DNA from: Vicinamibacterales bacterium
Lineage (GTDB): Bacteria; Acidobacteriota; Vicinamibacteria; Vicinamibacterales; UBA8438
Direction: 5' to 3'
DNA: 64,000 nt
NCBI GenBank assembly: GCA_965202695.1
Contig: OZ241843.1
Location: forward strand, 3,456,701-3,520,700
Under the pieces are notes generated by a model, which did not search any database, was not told the origin of the DNA, and saw nothing but the letters and a program-made list of their open reading frames with translations. A program made the translations under genes and the position numbers. Shown here in pieces: positions 24,229 through 33,524 of this stretch. Within the stretch, counting starts at the first letter, position 1. Each line of letters opens with the position of its first letter.

Positions 24229-26769
24229 CTACAGGCTGAACCGCACCTCGCCCACCACCGTGCGCCGCAGGATGTCGCCGAAGATGTGCTGCTGGATGTC
24301 CTGGTTGAACAGGTTCGTCACCTTCAGCAGGGTGGTGACGGCGCCGCCGCTCCACCGCACGCCGAAGCTGCCGTTCACCAGGGTGTAGCCCTCCGACCAG
24401 CCGTGGAACTCCGGCGTGAGCACGTCGGACCAGAACGCGCGGGTGGCCGTGCTCACCGACGCGTTCCCGACGAACCGCGAGCCGTTCAGCGACGCGCCCA
24501 CGTTCACCCGGTGGGTGGGAGGCAGGCCGAGTTCCGTCGGCGGGAACGGGTTGTCCGCGTCGTCCAGGATCCGCGGCTCGCCCTGCCACGAGTAGTTGAA
24601 CCAGACCGAGGCCGCGCGCGAGACCCGCTGGTCGAACCACAGCTCGGCGCCCGGTTGCCGGACCGGCCCCAGGTTGACGTAGGTGAACGCGGTCCGCGGG
24701 AGCAGGATGCCCTGCGTCGCCATGAACGACAGCGCCGCCGGCGGGAGCAGCCATCCCGGCGGCGGGTCCTCCGCCGTGTACGGATCGGCGGTGGCGGGCA
24801 GGCCCACGAAGTTGATCGAGTCGTCGCGGCGGTTGAGGTAGACGGCGCCCCCGGCCGTCGTTCCGCGGCCGAACGACCCCGTGTAGCTCAGCTCCCAGGC
24901 GGTCAGCGACTCCTCGGTGACCCCGGTGCGCGGCGCCGCGCCGAGCGGCACGTCGCTGCCGGCGGCCCGGACCACCAGCGGGAACGGCTGGGCCGTCGTC
25001 GCGTCGAGCTGCTGCTCCAGTTGCAGAACGGCGCCCTGGGCCACCGCCGGCGGCAGCCCGGGCGGCAGCAGCGCCGGCAGCAGGGGCCGGAACGCCGCGA
25101 GCCCGCTCAGGTCGACGCGCCGCAGGATGTTCATGTCGAGGAAGTTGTTGATGATCGACGGCGACCGGAACGCGCGGTTGTACGAGGCGGTCACGGAATG
25201 GTCGGCGCCCGGCTTGAACATCACCGACAGCCGCGGCGAGAAGGCCGGCGTGGACAGGTTGCCGAACTTGTCGACCCGCCCGCCGAGGACGAGACGGACG
25301 CGATCGAAGAATATCTCGTCCTGCAGGTACGCGCCGAACTCGAGACGGTCGTCGGCGGCCGGGGCGATGGTGACGTCGAAGGTGTTCCGCCGCACGTTGC
25401 CGCCGTAGGTCAGCAGGTTGCGGTCGCCGACGAACGTCGAGTGGCCGACCTCGGCGTCGAACGTCCTGCTCTTGAACCCGAGCTGCACCGGCTGGAGGGT
25501 CGCGGGGTCGGCCAGCAGGAGGTTCGGCGCGTCGCCGTCCATGACGTTGGTGAAGAACTGGAACCGGAAGTCGCCTTGCGTGTAGCCCAGCTTGCCGTAA
25601 CCGAAGTACGACCCGCGCTGGATGTCGAACGGCCCGACGCCGCTGTGCGACAGGCCCTCGGTGCCGGCGACCCCGCCGGAGTACGAGAACTGGCCGCCGT
25701 TCGACAACTCCTGGTCGACCCGCACGTCGAACTTGGGCTGGCTGGTGCCCCGGTTCGCGAACGCGGCGCCGAACGGACCGGCGCCGTCCAGCGGATACGT
25801 CGCGCCGCCCACCATCCCGTCCGGGACGCGCGGGTCGGCGACGACCGGCACCCGGCCGGTGGGCCGGGGGAACGCGTCGGACTGGAAGTAGCCGGCGCTG
25901 ACGCGGTAGGCGAGCGAGTCGCTCGGCGCCCGCGTGACCGTCGCGTTGGCGCCGAACATCGTCCCCGCGCCCTGCCCGGCCGTCGAACCCGCGTCCCGGT
26001 CGAGCCAGCCGCCGCTCATGGTCACCGTGGTGCCGACCGATTCCCGCGGCGTCCTGGTGATGACGTTGACGGCGCCGGTCATCGCGTTCGCGCCCCAGGT
26101 GGCCGAGGCCGGCCCGCGGACGACCTCGATCTGCTCGATGTCGCCCTGGTTGATCGGCAGTGCGTCCCAGAGGACCATGCCGAAGAAGTCGAGGTAGACG
26201 CTGCGGCCGTCCACCAGCACGAGCTGGGAGTTGGCCAGCGTGCCGGTGGACTGCCGGCTCGTCACCTGGACGTCGCGCGCCGAGAGCTGGATGACGTTGA
26301 CGCCGGGCACGGAGCGGAGGACTTCGCCGACGTTCGAGCTGGCCGTGGTCTCCAGCGTCGCCGCCGGAACCACCGACGTGGAGACCGGCGCGTCGACCAC
26401 CCGGACCTCGGTGCGCGAGGCGGTGACCACCACGGTGTCGCCGAAGCTGGCGATGGACAGCGTCAGCAGCGGGGCCTCGACGGCGCCGTCGGCGACGGCG
26501 ATCCCGTCGAGGGCCGCGTCCGAGAATCCGGGCAGCGCGGCCGTCAGGGAATAGTCGCCGGGGGCCAGGGCCGGAAACGCGTAGTCGCCGTTGCCGTCCG
26601 ACGCGGTGACGCGCGCTTCTCCCGGACCCCGCAGCGTGATCGTCGCGCCCGGCAGCACGGCCCCCGTCTCGTCGGCGACGCGGCCGGCGATTGCGCCGTC
26701 CTGCGCCGCCGCCGGAGCCGCCGACCATGCCAGCAGCAGCAGGATGAATGCACCCTTGTTCTGAATCAC
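24229..26769 (-). CDS. TonB-dependent receptor with an N-terminal CarboxypepD_reg-like domain
   Basis: GTG at 26767-26769 after ggagga. Signal peptide (AFILLLLAWSAAPAAAQ). AGRVADETGAVLPGATITL marks the N-terminal domain, and the plug carries IEVVRGPASATWGANAMTGAVNVITR. Confidence 0.8.
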   Translation of the reverse strand: MIQNKGAFILLLLAWSAAPAAAQDGAIAGRVADETGAVLPGATITLRGPGEARVTASDGNGDYAFPALAPGDYSLTAALPGFSDAALDGIAVADGAVEAPLLTLSIASFGDTVVVTASRTEVRVVDAPVSTSVVPAATLETTASSNVGEVLRSVPGVNVIQLSARDVQVTSRQSTGTLANSQLVLVDGRSVYLDFFGMVLWDALPINQGDIEQIEVVRGPASATWGANAMTGAVNVITRTPRESVGTTVTMSGGWLDRDAGSTAGQGAGTMFGANATVTRAPSDSLAYRVSAGYFQSDAFPRPTGRVPVVADPRVPDGMVGGATYPLDGAGPFGAAFANRGTSQPKFDVRVDQELSNGGQFSYSGGVAGTEGLSHSGVGPFDIQRGSYFGYGKLGYTQGDFRFQFFTNVMDGDAPNLLLADPATLQPVQLGFKSRTFDAEVGHSTFVGDRNLLTYGGNVRRNTFDVTIAPAADDRLEFGAYLQDEIFFDRVRLVLGGRVDKFGNLSTPAFSPRLSVMFKPGADHSVTASYNRAFRSPSIINNFLDMNILRRVDLSGLAAFRPLLPALLPPGLPPAVAQGAVLQLEQQLDATTAQPFPLVVRAAGSDVPLGAAPRTGVTEESLTAWELSYTGSFGRGTTAGGAVYLNRRDDSINFVGLPATADPYTAEDPPPGWLLPPAALSFMATQGILLPRTAFTYVNLGPVRQPGAELWFDQRVSRAASVWFNYSWQGEPRILDDADNPFPPTELGLPPTHRVNVGASLNGSRFVGNASVSTATRAFWSDVLTPEFHGWSEGYTLVNGSFGVRWSGGAVTTLLKVTNLFNQDIQQHIFGDILRRTVVGEVRFSL

Positions 26770-26844
26770 GCTTGTCCTCCAGATGGTGTCGAGAAATCGT
26801 GCGCGCCGGACGACCGGCGGCGACCTTCGCGGCCTTCCGGCCTG

Positions 26845-26942
26845 GCCGCCCGTGTTGAAACGCCCGCGGCATTCGAGCGGCGATCGGCGTTCGCCGGCGC
26901 CCTTCGGGGGCGGCGCGGCGCGGGGGGGCCGCCACGGGCGGT
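26845..26942 (-). repeat. Dispersed intergenic repeat family, copy F (short form, minus strand, upstream of the TonB receptor)
   Basis: The minus strand reads gaccgcccgtggcggccccc..gaagggcgccggcgaacgccgatcgccgctcgaatgccgcgggcgtttcaacacgggcgg. It has modules 1, 2, 4 and 5 of the family, and its termini are inverted (ccgcccgtgg / cacgggcgg). Confidence 0.65.
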
Positions 26943-27038
26943 CGGCGCGCCGCGGCCGTGCCCGCCGCCGGGCTTCGGGGGCGGCCGGCCGACGTCCGCC
27001 GGCCCGAAGGCGCCGTCCCGCGGCTCCGCCGGCCGCCG

Positions 27039-27488
27039 TCATCCGCGCATCCGCTGCATGAACCACCAGTGGTGTCCCTCGGGATCCCGGGCCTGGTAGG
27101 TTCGGTCGGCCCAGTAGTCGCCGCCGTAGTCCTGGGTCTCGGGCTCGGCGACGATGGCGGCGCCGGCCGCGCGCGCCCGTTCGCAGTGGGCGTCGACGTC
27201 GTCCACGTACACGGCGAGCGCCTGCGTGTTCGCGCCGCCGACGGCCCGCGGCGACTTCACGTACGGCCGGTCCGGCGACAGGCCGGCCTGCCCGACCATG
27301 ACGAGCCCGCCGTTCAGGGTGAGCTGCGAATGCGCTATCCGCCCCTGGTCGTTCTCGACCCGCTCGCGCACCGTGAACCCGAAGGCGCGGGCAAGCCAGT
27401 CGATCGCCGCCGCGGCGTCGTCGTAGAACACCGAGGGCGAGATTCTCGGCCAACCGTCAGGCGGGTCCTTCATGCGGTCCTCGGTCAT
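27039..27488 (-). CDS. VOC/glyoxalase-family protein (PhnB/YjdN-like)
   Basis: 149 aa with a typical pattern: ISPSVFYDDAAAAIDWLARAFGF...HSQL...GHHWWF. Confidence 0.7.
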   Translation of the reverse strand: MTEDRMKDPPDGWPRISPSVFYDDAAAAIDWLARAFGFTVRERVENDQGRIAHSQLTLNGGLVMVGQAGLSPDRPYVKSPRAVGGANTQALAVYVDDVDAHCERARAAGAAIVAEPETQDYGGDYWADRTYQARDPEGHHWWFMQRMRG

Positions 27489-27643
27489 GCGGTCCTCGGT
27501 CTCCGGGCCGGCCCCGCGCGGGCCGCCCGCCGGGGCGGCCGCGCATTCGTCATCGGCGTCGGCCCGCCATCGTACTCCATTGCGGGCGGTTGCCGGCGCC
27601 GGCCGCCTTCATCGGGGCCGGTTCCGGCGTCGTTTCCGGCCGC

Positions 27644-27668
27644 CGGCGCGGGTTCCGAACCCGCGCCG
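27644..27668 (-). terminator. GC-rich hairpin (11-bp stem, 3-nt loop) downstream of the DUF418 gene; no U-tract
   Basis: The sequence is cggcgcgggtt-ccg-aacccgcgccg. Confidence 0.25.
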
Positions 27669-27828
27669 CGCCCTCGTTCCCGCGCGACGGTTCCGCCCCG
27701 GCCGCCGCCGCGGCCCGGCCGCGCCGCCGCGGTCGATCGCGGCGCCGGCGGCCGCGTCAGCGCGCGGAGGAATGCCGCGGGCGCCGGGCGGGGGCGGCGG
27801 CGGGCTGACGGAAGATCCGCCGCCCGCG

Positions 27829-29073
27829 TCAGCGCGCGGAGGAACGCCGCAGGGGCTGGGCCGCGCCGTAGGTGAGCGACCGCCAGGCCCACTCGGCGGG
27901 CCCGATGCGGAACCGGCGCAGCCACCACGGCGAGGCGGCGAGCTGCAGCGCCCAGACGCCGGCCGCCACGCCGATCTGCCCCACGCGATCGACCGACCCG
28001 AACCAGCCGAGCCCGTGGCCGTAGAAGATCGTCGTGCACACGACGGTCTGCAGCAGGTAGTTCGTCAGGGCGGTCCGTCCGACGGCGGCGAAGGGACGGG
28101 TGACCCGGCGCAGCGCGGCCGTCCGGCAGGCGAGCATCACGAGCCCGACGTAGCCGAGGCTGACGGCGACGCTCGGCCAGTAGTTGAACTGCATGCCCAC
28201 GAAGAAGGACCAGGCGGGCCATCCGCGTTCGAAGTCGAGAGACGCGCCGTACGCCTGCAGCGGCAGGCCGACCGCCGCCGCCGTCCCGATCAGCCCCGCG
28301 TAGAAGCCCGGTGAACGCCGCGCGCTGAACACGCCGTGCTTGAAGAGGGCCATCCCGATCAGCATCAGGCCCGCCGCGCGCCAGAAGCCCCAGACGATCA
28401 GGAGGACCGTCTCGAACGCGAGGGCGTTCGCGGACCGGACGGGTAGCTGATCGAACCAGCCGCCGCGAAAGGCCGCGAGCTCGGCGTCGATCACCTCCGG
28501 CGCCGGCCGCCACGCCTCGGCCGTGAACGCGGTCAGCTCCTCCTCGGGCCAGTACGGCAGCGACAGGCCCGCCCCGAGGGTGACGGCCGAGGCGACGGCC
28601 AGCAGGATCGTTCCGAGCGCCGCCAGCCGCCCCGGCGCCAGACGGCGCAACGGATAGACCAGCATGCCGCAGACCGCGTAGAGGAAGAGGATGTCGCCGT
28701 GCCACAGCAGGTGGGCGTGGAGCAGTCCGATGACCGCCAGCCACGCCATCCGCCGGTAGTGCAAACGGCCGGCGCCGCCGCGCGCTTCGGCGCGCCCCGC
28801 CATCAGGACGATGCCCGCGCCGAACAGCATCGAGAAGATCGTCATGAACTTCTGGTCGGCGAGCATCCGTCCCGCCAGCCAGACGTAGAGGTTCGCGCCT
28901 TCGAGGTCGCCGTAGGCGGTCGGGTTGAAGTAGGCGGCCTGCGGCATCGCGAACGCCTGGACGTTCATGACGAGGATGCCGAGGAGGGCGGCGCCGCGCA
29001 GGACGTCGATGGCGTCGATGCGCGCGTTCTCGGTGACGGGGCCGGCGTCCGGCCGGTCAGCGGGACTGATCAC
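27829..29073 (-). CDS. DUF418-domain membrane protein (YeiB-like)
   Basis: RIDAIDVLRGAALLGILVMN... followed by multiple TM segments; 414 aa. Confidence 0.75.
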   Translation of the reverse strand: MISPADRPDAGPVTENARIDAIDVLRGAALLGILVMNVQAFAMPQAAYFNPTAYGDLEGANLYVWLAGRMLADQKFMTIFSMLFGAGIVLMAGRAEARGGAGRLHYRRMAWLAVIGLLHAHLLWHGDILFLYAVCGMLVYPLRRLAPGRLAALGTILLAVASAVTLGAGLSLPYWPEEELTAFTAEAWRPAPEVIDAELAAFRGGWFDQLPVRSANALAFETVLLIVWGFWRAAGLMLIGMALFKHGVFSARRSPGFYAGLIGTAAAVGLPLQAYGASLDFERGWPAWSFFVGMQFNYWPSVAVSLGYVGLVMLACRTAALRRVTRPFAAVGRTALTNYLLQTVVCTTIFYGHGLGWFGSVDRVGQIGVAAGVWALQLAASPWWLRRFRIGPAEWAWRSLTYGAAQPLRRSSAR

Positions 29074-29145
29074 GTGTGGGTCTCGCCCCTGCGTGCGGGT
29101 CGGGCGCCGATCCGGTCGACGATCCCCGCAAGTCGCCGATGGGGT

Positions 29146-29221
29146 TGGAGCCGGCGAGCGGACTCGAACCGCTGACCTGCTGATTACGAATCAGCTGCTC
29201 TACCAACTGAGCTACGCCGGC
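29146..29221 (-). tRNA. tRNA-Thr (anticodon CGU), CCA encoded
   Basis: The minus strand reads GCCGGCGTAGCTCAGTTGGTAGAGCAGCTGATTCGTAATCAGGAGGTCAGCGGTTCGAGTCCGCTCGCCGGCTCCA. It folds as a cloverleaf with a 7-bp acceptor stem, a GTTCGAGTC T-arm and a TT-CGT-AA anticodon loop. Confidence 0.9.
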
Positions 29222-29500
29222 GTCACCGCGGAACCCATGACCCGCGATCGCCTGGAAGCGCCGCCGACCCGTTCCGGCCGCCGGCGGGGCAGGGCAACGG
29301 GGCCTGCCGCCTCCGGAGCACGCCATGACCGGTCCCGGCTTCGCGGCCGCGACGTTCCCTATTGTAGTCCCTTTCCGGCGTGGGCGCGACTCCCGGGTGG
29401 AGCCCGCCGCGGCCGGTGTTCACGATTCGCCGGCCCCGATGGCGTGCGCGGCCGGCGAGCGCCGCCGCTGCGCGGGTCGTCGTCCGCTCGCCGTCGAGGC

Positions 29501-29757
29501 GTGCGCCCGTACGGCGCCCGATCCGCGCCCGCCAGCCGCCCCCGCGGTCGTCGTGCGTGCGCCCGTACGGCGCCCGATCCGCGCCCGCCAGCCGCCCCCG
29601 CGGTCGTCGTGCGTGCGCCCGTACGGCGCCCGATCCGCGCCCGCCAGCCGCCCCCGCGGTCGTCGTGCGTGCGCCCGTACGGCGCCAGGTTCGGGTGCGG
29701 CCTCGGCGGGCGGCTCCGCCCGCGGTCGTCGTGCGTGCGCCCGTACGGCGCCCGGAC
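29501..29757. repeat. Tandem repeat, 56-bp unit x ~4.5, each unit containing the inverted repeat GCGCC-N5-GGCGC
   Basis: Units begin at 29501, 29557 and 29613 (near-identical), 29669 (66 bp, divergent centre) and 29735 (partial). The unit is gtgcgcccgtacggcgcccgatccgcgcccgccagccgcccccgcggtcgtcgtgc. Confidence 0.9.
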
Positions 29758-29868
29758 CGCGACCGGCGCTGGTCGCATCGGACCGCCCGCGGGCCGGCCT
29801 CGCGGCGCGTCGATCGCCGCCCGGGCGGCGCCGCAAGTCCGGGCGCCGCTCACGGACGCGTTATCATC

Positions 29869-29916
29869 GACAGCCCGTGGTGGAATCCCCGCGTCGCACC
29901 GCGCCCGCGGGCTGTC
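29869..29916 (+). repeat. Dispersed intergenic repeat family, copy D (48-bp minimal hairpin form)
   Basis: gACAGCCCGtggtggaatccccgcgtcgcaccgcgcccgCGGGCTGTc has perfect 9-bp inverted termini. It shares cagcccgtgg and ccccgcgtcgcaccgcg (17 nt) with copy C. TATCAT lies directly upstream. Confidence 0.7.
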
Positions 29917-29984
29917 AAGCGCGTGATGCCGCCCGCGCGTCTTCCGCCGGGTCCCACCGGTCGGCGACCGGGCGCCCTGACGGG

Positions 29985-31322
29985 ATGTCGTCCTTTCTGC
30001 GCCGGTTGAACGTCTTCGTGCGGCGCCGGATTCAGCCGGCCTGGTGGCATCTCCACGGCGCGATGCGGAGCCTTCGGGCACGCGTCGGATCGCGGTCGGC
30101 GGACGGAACGCGGGACGGGTCCGCGGTCGTCTTCGATCTGCGCGGCTACAACCCGATCGGCTGGCGGCGCGACGCCGGCGGCGTGGCGGCGCTGGGGCCG
30201 CCGCGGCGGCTGCCGCCCGGCGTCGAAGCGGAACGCGTCGTCCGGCGGCGCAGCCTGCGCCGGCTGCGCCGGGTCCACCACCTGGAGGACGTCTCGGCGT
30301 TCCACCCGGACGTCGTCACGCGGGCCCGCGACCTCGCCCGTCTGGCCGCGGCGGGCGCCCTGGTGCGCGTGGCGGATGGAGACCGGCGGCTCCGGCCGTT
30401 GCTCGGCGACCGCCTCTACCGGTTGATGACCACGGACATGCGCGGTCTCGACGACGACACGCGCGAGCAGCTCGGCGTCCGGATGCGCCGCGCCGCCCTC
30501 CGCGAACATTCGTCGTGGGCCCGCGCCCGGCGGGTCGGTCCGGAAGCGCTGCCCCTGCTGTCCATTCTGCTGGCGACCCGGCGTCCCCGCTTCCTGCCGT
30601 GGGCGCTGGCCAACGTGGCGAGACAGACCTATCCGCGGGTGGAGCTGGTGCTGGCGCTGCACGGCGCGGGGTTCGCCGAGGTCGAGCCGCGGGCGGCCGT
30701 GGCGGCGCACGCGACGAAGGTGCTGCGGGCGCCGGCGAGCGAACCGCTCGGCGCCGTGCTCGACGCCGCGGTCGAGGCATCGAGCGGAACGCTGCTGACC
30801 AAGATGGACGACGACGACGCATACGGCGCCGACCATCTGTGGGACCTCGTGCTGGCGCGGGAGTACTCGGGCGCGCAACTGGTCGGCAAATGGCTGGAAT
30901 TCGTCTATCTGGCCGCGTCGGACCGCACCATGCGCTGGTTCAACGGGCGCAGCGAGCGCTACCAGGCGTCGGTCCTGGCCGGGGGCACGCTGCTCGTTTC
31001 GCGCCGCGATCTCGACCGCGCCGGCGGCTGGCGAAAGGCGCCGCGAGGCGTCGATACGGCGCTGGCGGCGGACGTCCTGCAGGCCGGCGGGCGGATCTAC
31101 CGCACCCACGCCGCCGGCTTCATGATGGTCCGACACGGTTGCGGCCATACCTGGAACGACGCCGACGGGTCGGACGACAGCTTTCTCGCCAGGGCCGACC
31201 GCGTATGGCCCGGGTTCCAGCCGGGCCGGGCCGGCGTCGAAGCCCCGCGCATCCCGCATCCGGCGCTGTCCCCGTCCGCGGATCGGACACCGCCGGGGGC
31301 CCATCCGGCGGACGACCCCTGA
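29985..31322 (+). CDS. Glycosyltransferase family 2 (GT-A domain in the C-terminal half) with a ~170-aa N-terminal extension
   Basis: LLSILLATRRPRFLPWALANVARQTYPRVELVL...KMDDDDAY (DxD motif); trimmed from ORF 29325..31322. Confidence 0.7.
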   Translation: MSSFLRRLNVFVRRRIQPAWWHLHGAMRSLRARVGSRSADGTRDGSAVVFDLRGYNPIGWRRDAGGVAALGPPRRLPPGVEAERVVRRRSLRRLRRVHHLEDVSAFHPDVVTRARDLARLAAAGALVRVADGDRRLRPLLGDRLYRLMTTDMRGLDDDTREQLGVRMRRAALREHSSWARARRVGPEALPLLSILLATRRPRFLPWALANVARQTYPRVELVLALHGAGFAEVEPRAAVAAHATKVLRAPASEPLGAVLDAAVEASSGTLLTKMDDDDAYGADHLWDLVLAREYSGAQLVGKWLEFVYLAASDRTMRWFNGRSERYQASVLAGGTLLVSRRDLDRAGGWRKAPRGVDTALAADVLQAGGRIYRTHAAGFMMVRHGCGHTWNDADGSDDSFLARADRVWPGFQPGRAGVEAPRIPHPALSPSADRTPPGAHPADDP

Positions 31323-31602
31323 CAATGCCGGCGTCGAAGCCCGGGCGTCCCCGCATCCGGCGCCGTCCCGTCCGCCGCGCGTGGACCGGCCGCCGGTCTG
31401 CGGTTACAATATACGCGCCAATGGCTGGACTTCGGGTCCGCGAGGCGTCGCCGGGTATCGTCGCGCCGGGCGCGGCCGACGAGGCCGCACGTCTGCGGCG
31501 GCGGCTCGACCGCCGCAACGAACAGGCGCCCGGGCCGCGCCGGAGCCGGTTCGGGAGCTCCCGGAACCCCGGCCTCGTGCGCATGAGGGAGACGACACGA
31601 AC

Positions 31603-32565
31603 ATGAGCGAGTCCGAGCAAATCGACGCGTTCCAGGTGTTTCTGCGCATCCAGCGCGCGCGCGCCGCGAAGGGCCCTCTCTCGCTCGTTCGACTCAATGA
31701 CGCGGAAGGCACCATGCTCGGCTATCCGCGCTTCACCAACCGTGACGACGTGAACGCGCACATGTACGTCTGGTTCGGCACGAGGTCCGGCGCGAGGTCG
31801 TCGAGGTGGCAGCGCCGCATATACATGAGTTCCAGACTCAAGCGGCTCGGCCGCTTCACCAGGACGTGGCCGGAAAGGGAAGTCCTCGCGCTGGCGGACG
31901 GCCTGAAGCACGCCGTGGCGACCGCCGACGTCGTCGGCCTGCCCCTGAAGAAGCACGTGGAGGCGAGTCCCCAGATGGCCGCGGTCGAAAAATCGCTGAC
32001 GGCGTTCCGCCTGACCGGCGAATCGACGGCGCTGACGAGCGCGGCGGTTCACCGGTTCCTGAACAGCGCCCTGCTGTATCGACCGATGCTGAAGGACGCG
32101 GACTTCGTGGGGGTCGTTTCCAGCCGGGACGTCGTGGAGAAGCTGCGGCGGCTGTTCGGCGCCGGGGAGATTCGCTGGTATCCGACGAGAGCCGAGCCGG
32201 ATTGTCCCAACGACGTTGCGATGCCGCACTGGCCGGACGGGTTCAACCGGATCCGGGAAACTCTGGAAGTTCCGTATCCTGGAGCGCTGTTCCTGGTCGG
32301 CGCCGGTATATGCGGCAAGATATATTGTCAGTGGATAAAGGAACGCGGAGGGGTTGCGGTCGACATCGGTTCGATGTTCGACTCCTGGGCCGGGGTGGGC
32401 CGGACCGGAAGTCCGGTGCGCAACCTCGACGTGTACGAAAGGTACCCGCGGATCGGCCGGACGGAGGCGATGGTCCGTTACAACACCATCGCCGAGGCAT
32501 TGAACGACGGCGTGCGCGTGGACGCCGGCGCCGGCTACGTCGCCGATCTCCCGGAGTACTGGTAA
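31603..32565 (+). CDS. Hypothetical protein, possibly a GT-D-fold glycosyltransferase (DUF1792-like)
   Basis: LVRLNDAEGTML near the N-terminus and LFLVGAGICGKIYCQWIKERGGVAVDIGSMFDSW resemble the GDGE and Rossmann blocks of DUF1792 as I recall them. The gene call is solid; the function call is weak. Confidence 0.4.
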   Translation: MSESEQIDAFQVFLRIQRARAAKGPLSLVRLNDAEGTMLGYPRFTNRDDVNAHMYVWFGTRSGARSSRWQRRIYMSSRLKRLGRFTRTWPEREVLALADGLKHAVATADVVGLPLKKHVEASPQMAAVEKSLTAFRLTGESTALTSAAVHRFLNSALLYRPMLKDADFVGVVSSRDVVEKLRRLFGAGEIRWYPTRAEPDCPNDVAMPHWPDGFNRIRETLEVPYPGALFLVGAGICGKIYCQWIKERGGVAVDIGSMFDSWAGVGRTGSPVRNLDVYERYPRIGRTEAMVRYNTIAEALNDGVRVDAGAGYVADLPEYW

Positions 32566-32603
32566 TCCGGCGTTTCACCACGGCGGTCAAGGAACAAGCG
32601 GTC

Positions 32604-33524
32604 GTGACGTACGAGACCGTCATCGGCGGGAAGCCCATCGTGTCGGTGCGTTGGCTCTGGAAGACTTTCCGGCTCGCCTGGAACCTCCGTTGCGATCCGG
32701 GTCGGGCGCGGGACATCGGCCGCGAATTGTTGCGAGGGAGATTTGCCCGGGCGGGCCGCATGGTCCGGACGGCGTCGCGCTCCCCCAAGGTCCGCAACGA
32801 AGCCGTCGCTTCGCGGAAGTTCCGGTGTCTCTGGCTCCCCAACTCCAAGGTGGCGTCGCGGAGCGTCAGGGTCGTCCTGCACGAAGCGGATCCGGATGCG
32901 GTGACCTTTGTCGACAAGTCCGTCGCCGAAATCTGCGCCGACCACCCGGAAGTGATGGACTACTACAGTTTCGCGTTCATCAGGCATCCTTTCGAGAGGG
33001 CGCTGTCGTTCTATGCGCACCTGTTTCTTCTTTCTCTGGAAAGCTACCCGGAAGACCAGTTTTCCTTCAGCATGGCGATCCGCCGTGAAGTCTTTCGCCA
33101 TTTTCACGGGCTGGAGGACGTGCGCAGTTTCGACGACTATTGCGACTGGCTGAACACGCCCTGGGGCTCCGATCGGTTCGCCGACCGTCACTTCCGGTCG
33201 CAGCACGTGCAGATACGCTTGCCGGACGGCCGCCTGCCGGATTTCGTCGGCAGACTGGAGAACATCGGCGACGACTTCGAACGCGTTGCGGGGCAAGTCG
33301 GCATGCCGAGGCCGACGTTGCCGATGCGGGGCACGAGAGCCGGGTGGTCGGCGCCGCCGGCCGCGGTGGAGTCGGCCAGAGCGGCGATGCGCGCTCATTT
33401 GACCGCCCGGAACCGGGCGCTGCTGGCGGCCAGGTACGAGGGTGACCTGACGCTGTACCGGAGCCTGTGCGGGGAGCGTCCGGCGTTGCCGGCGGCGGCG
33501 CGCTGTCTTCCAATCACGGGATGA
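32604..33524 (+). CDS. Carbohydrate sulfotransferase-like protein (Sulfotransfer_2 / CHST-like), copy 1
   Basis: FRCLWLPNSKVASRS is 5'-PSB-like and YSFAFIRHPFERALSFY is 3'-PB-like. Paralog of 35284.. and 43654... The GTG start at 32604 is tentative. Confidence 0.65.
   Translation: MTYETVIGGKPIVSVRWLWKTFRLAWNLRCDPGRARDIGRELLRGRFARAGRMVRTASRSPKVRNEAVASRKFRCLWLPNSKVASRSVRVVLHEADPDAVTFVDKSVAEICADHPEVMDYYSFAFIRHPFERALSFYAHLFLLSLESYPEDQFSFSMAIRREVFRHFHGLEDVRSFDDYCDWLNTPWGSDRFADRHFRSQHVQIRLPDGRLPDFVGRLENIGDDFERVAGQVGMPRPTLPMRGTRAGWSAPPAAVESARAAMRAHLTARNRALLAARYEGDLTLYRSLCGERPALPAAARCLPITG

Noticed and set aside
29361-29366. TACAAT on the minus strand as the tRNA-Thr promoter.
   Set aside because: It lies ~140 nt upstream of the mature 5' end and has no convincing -35. 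It is plausible but not supportable from sequence alone.
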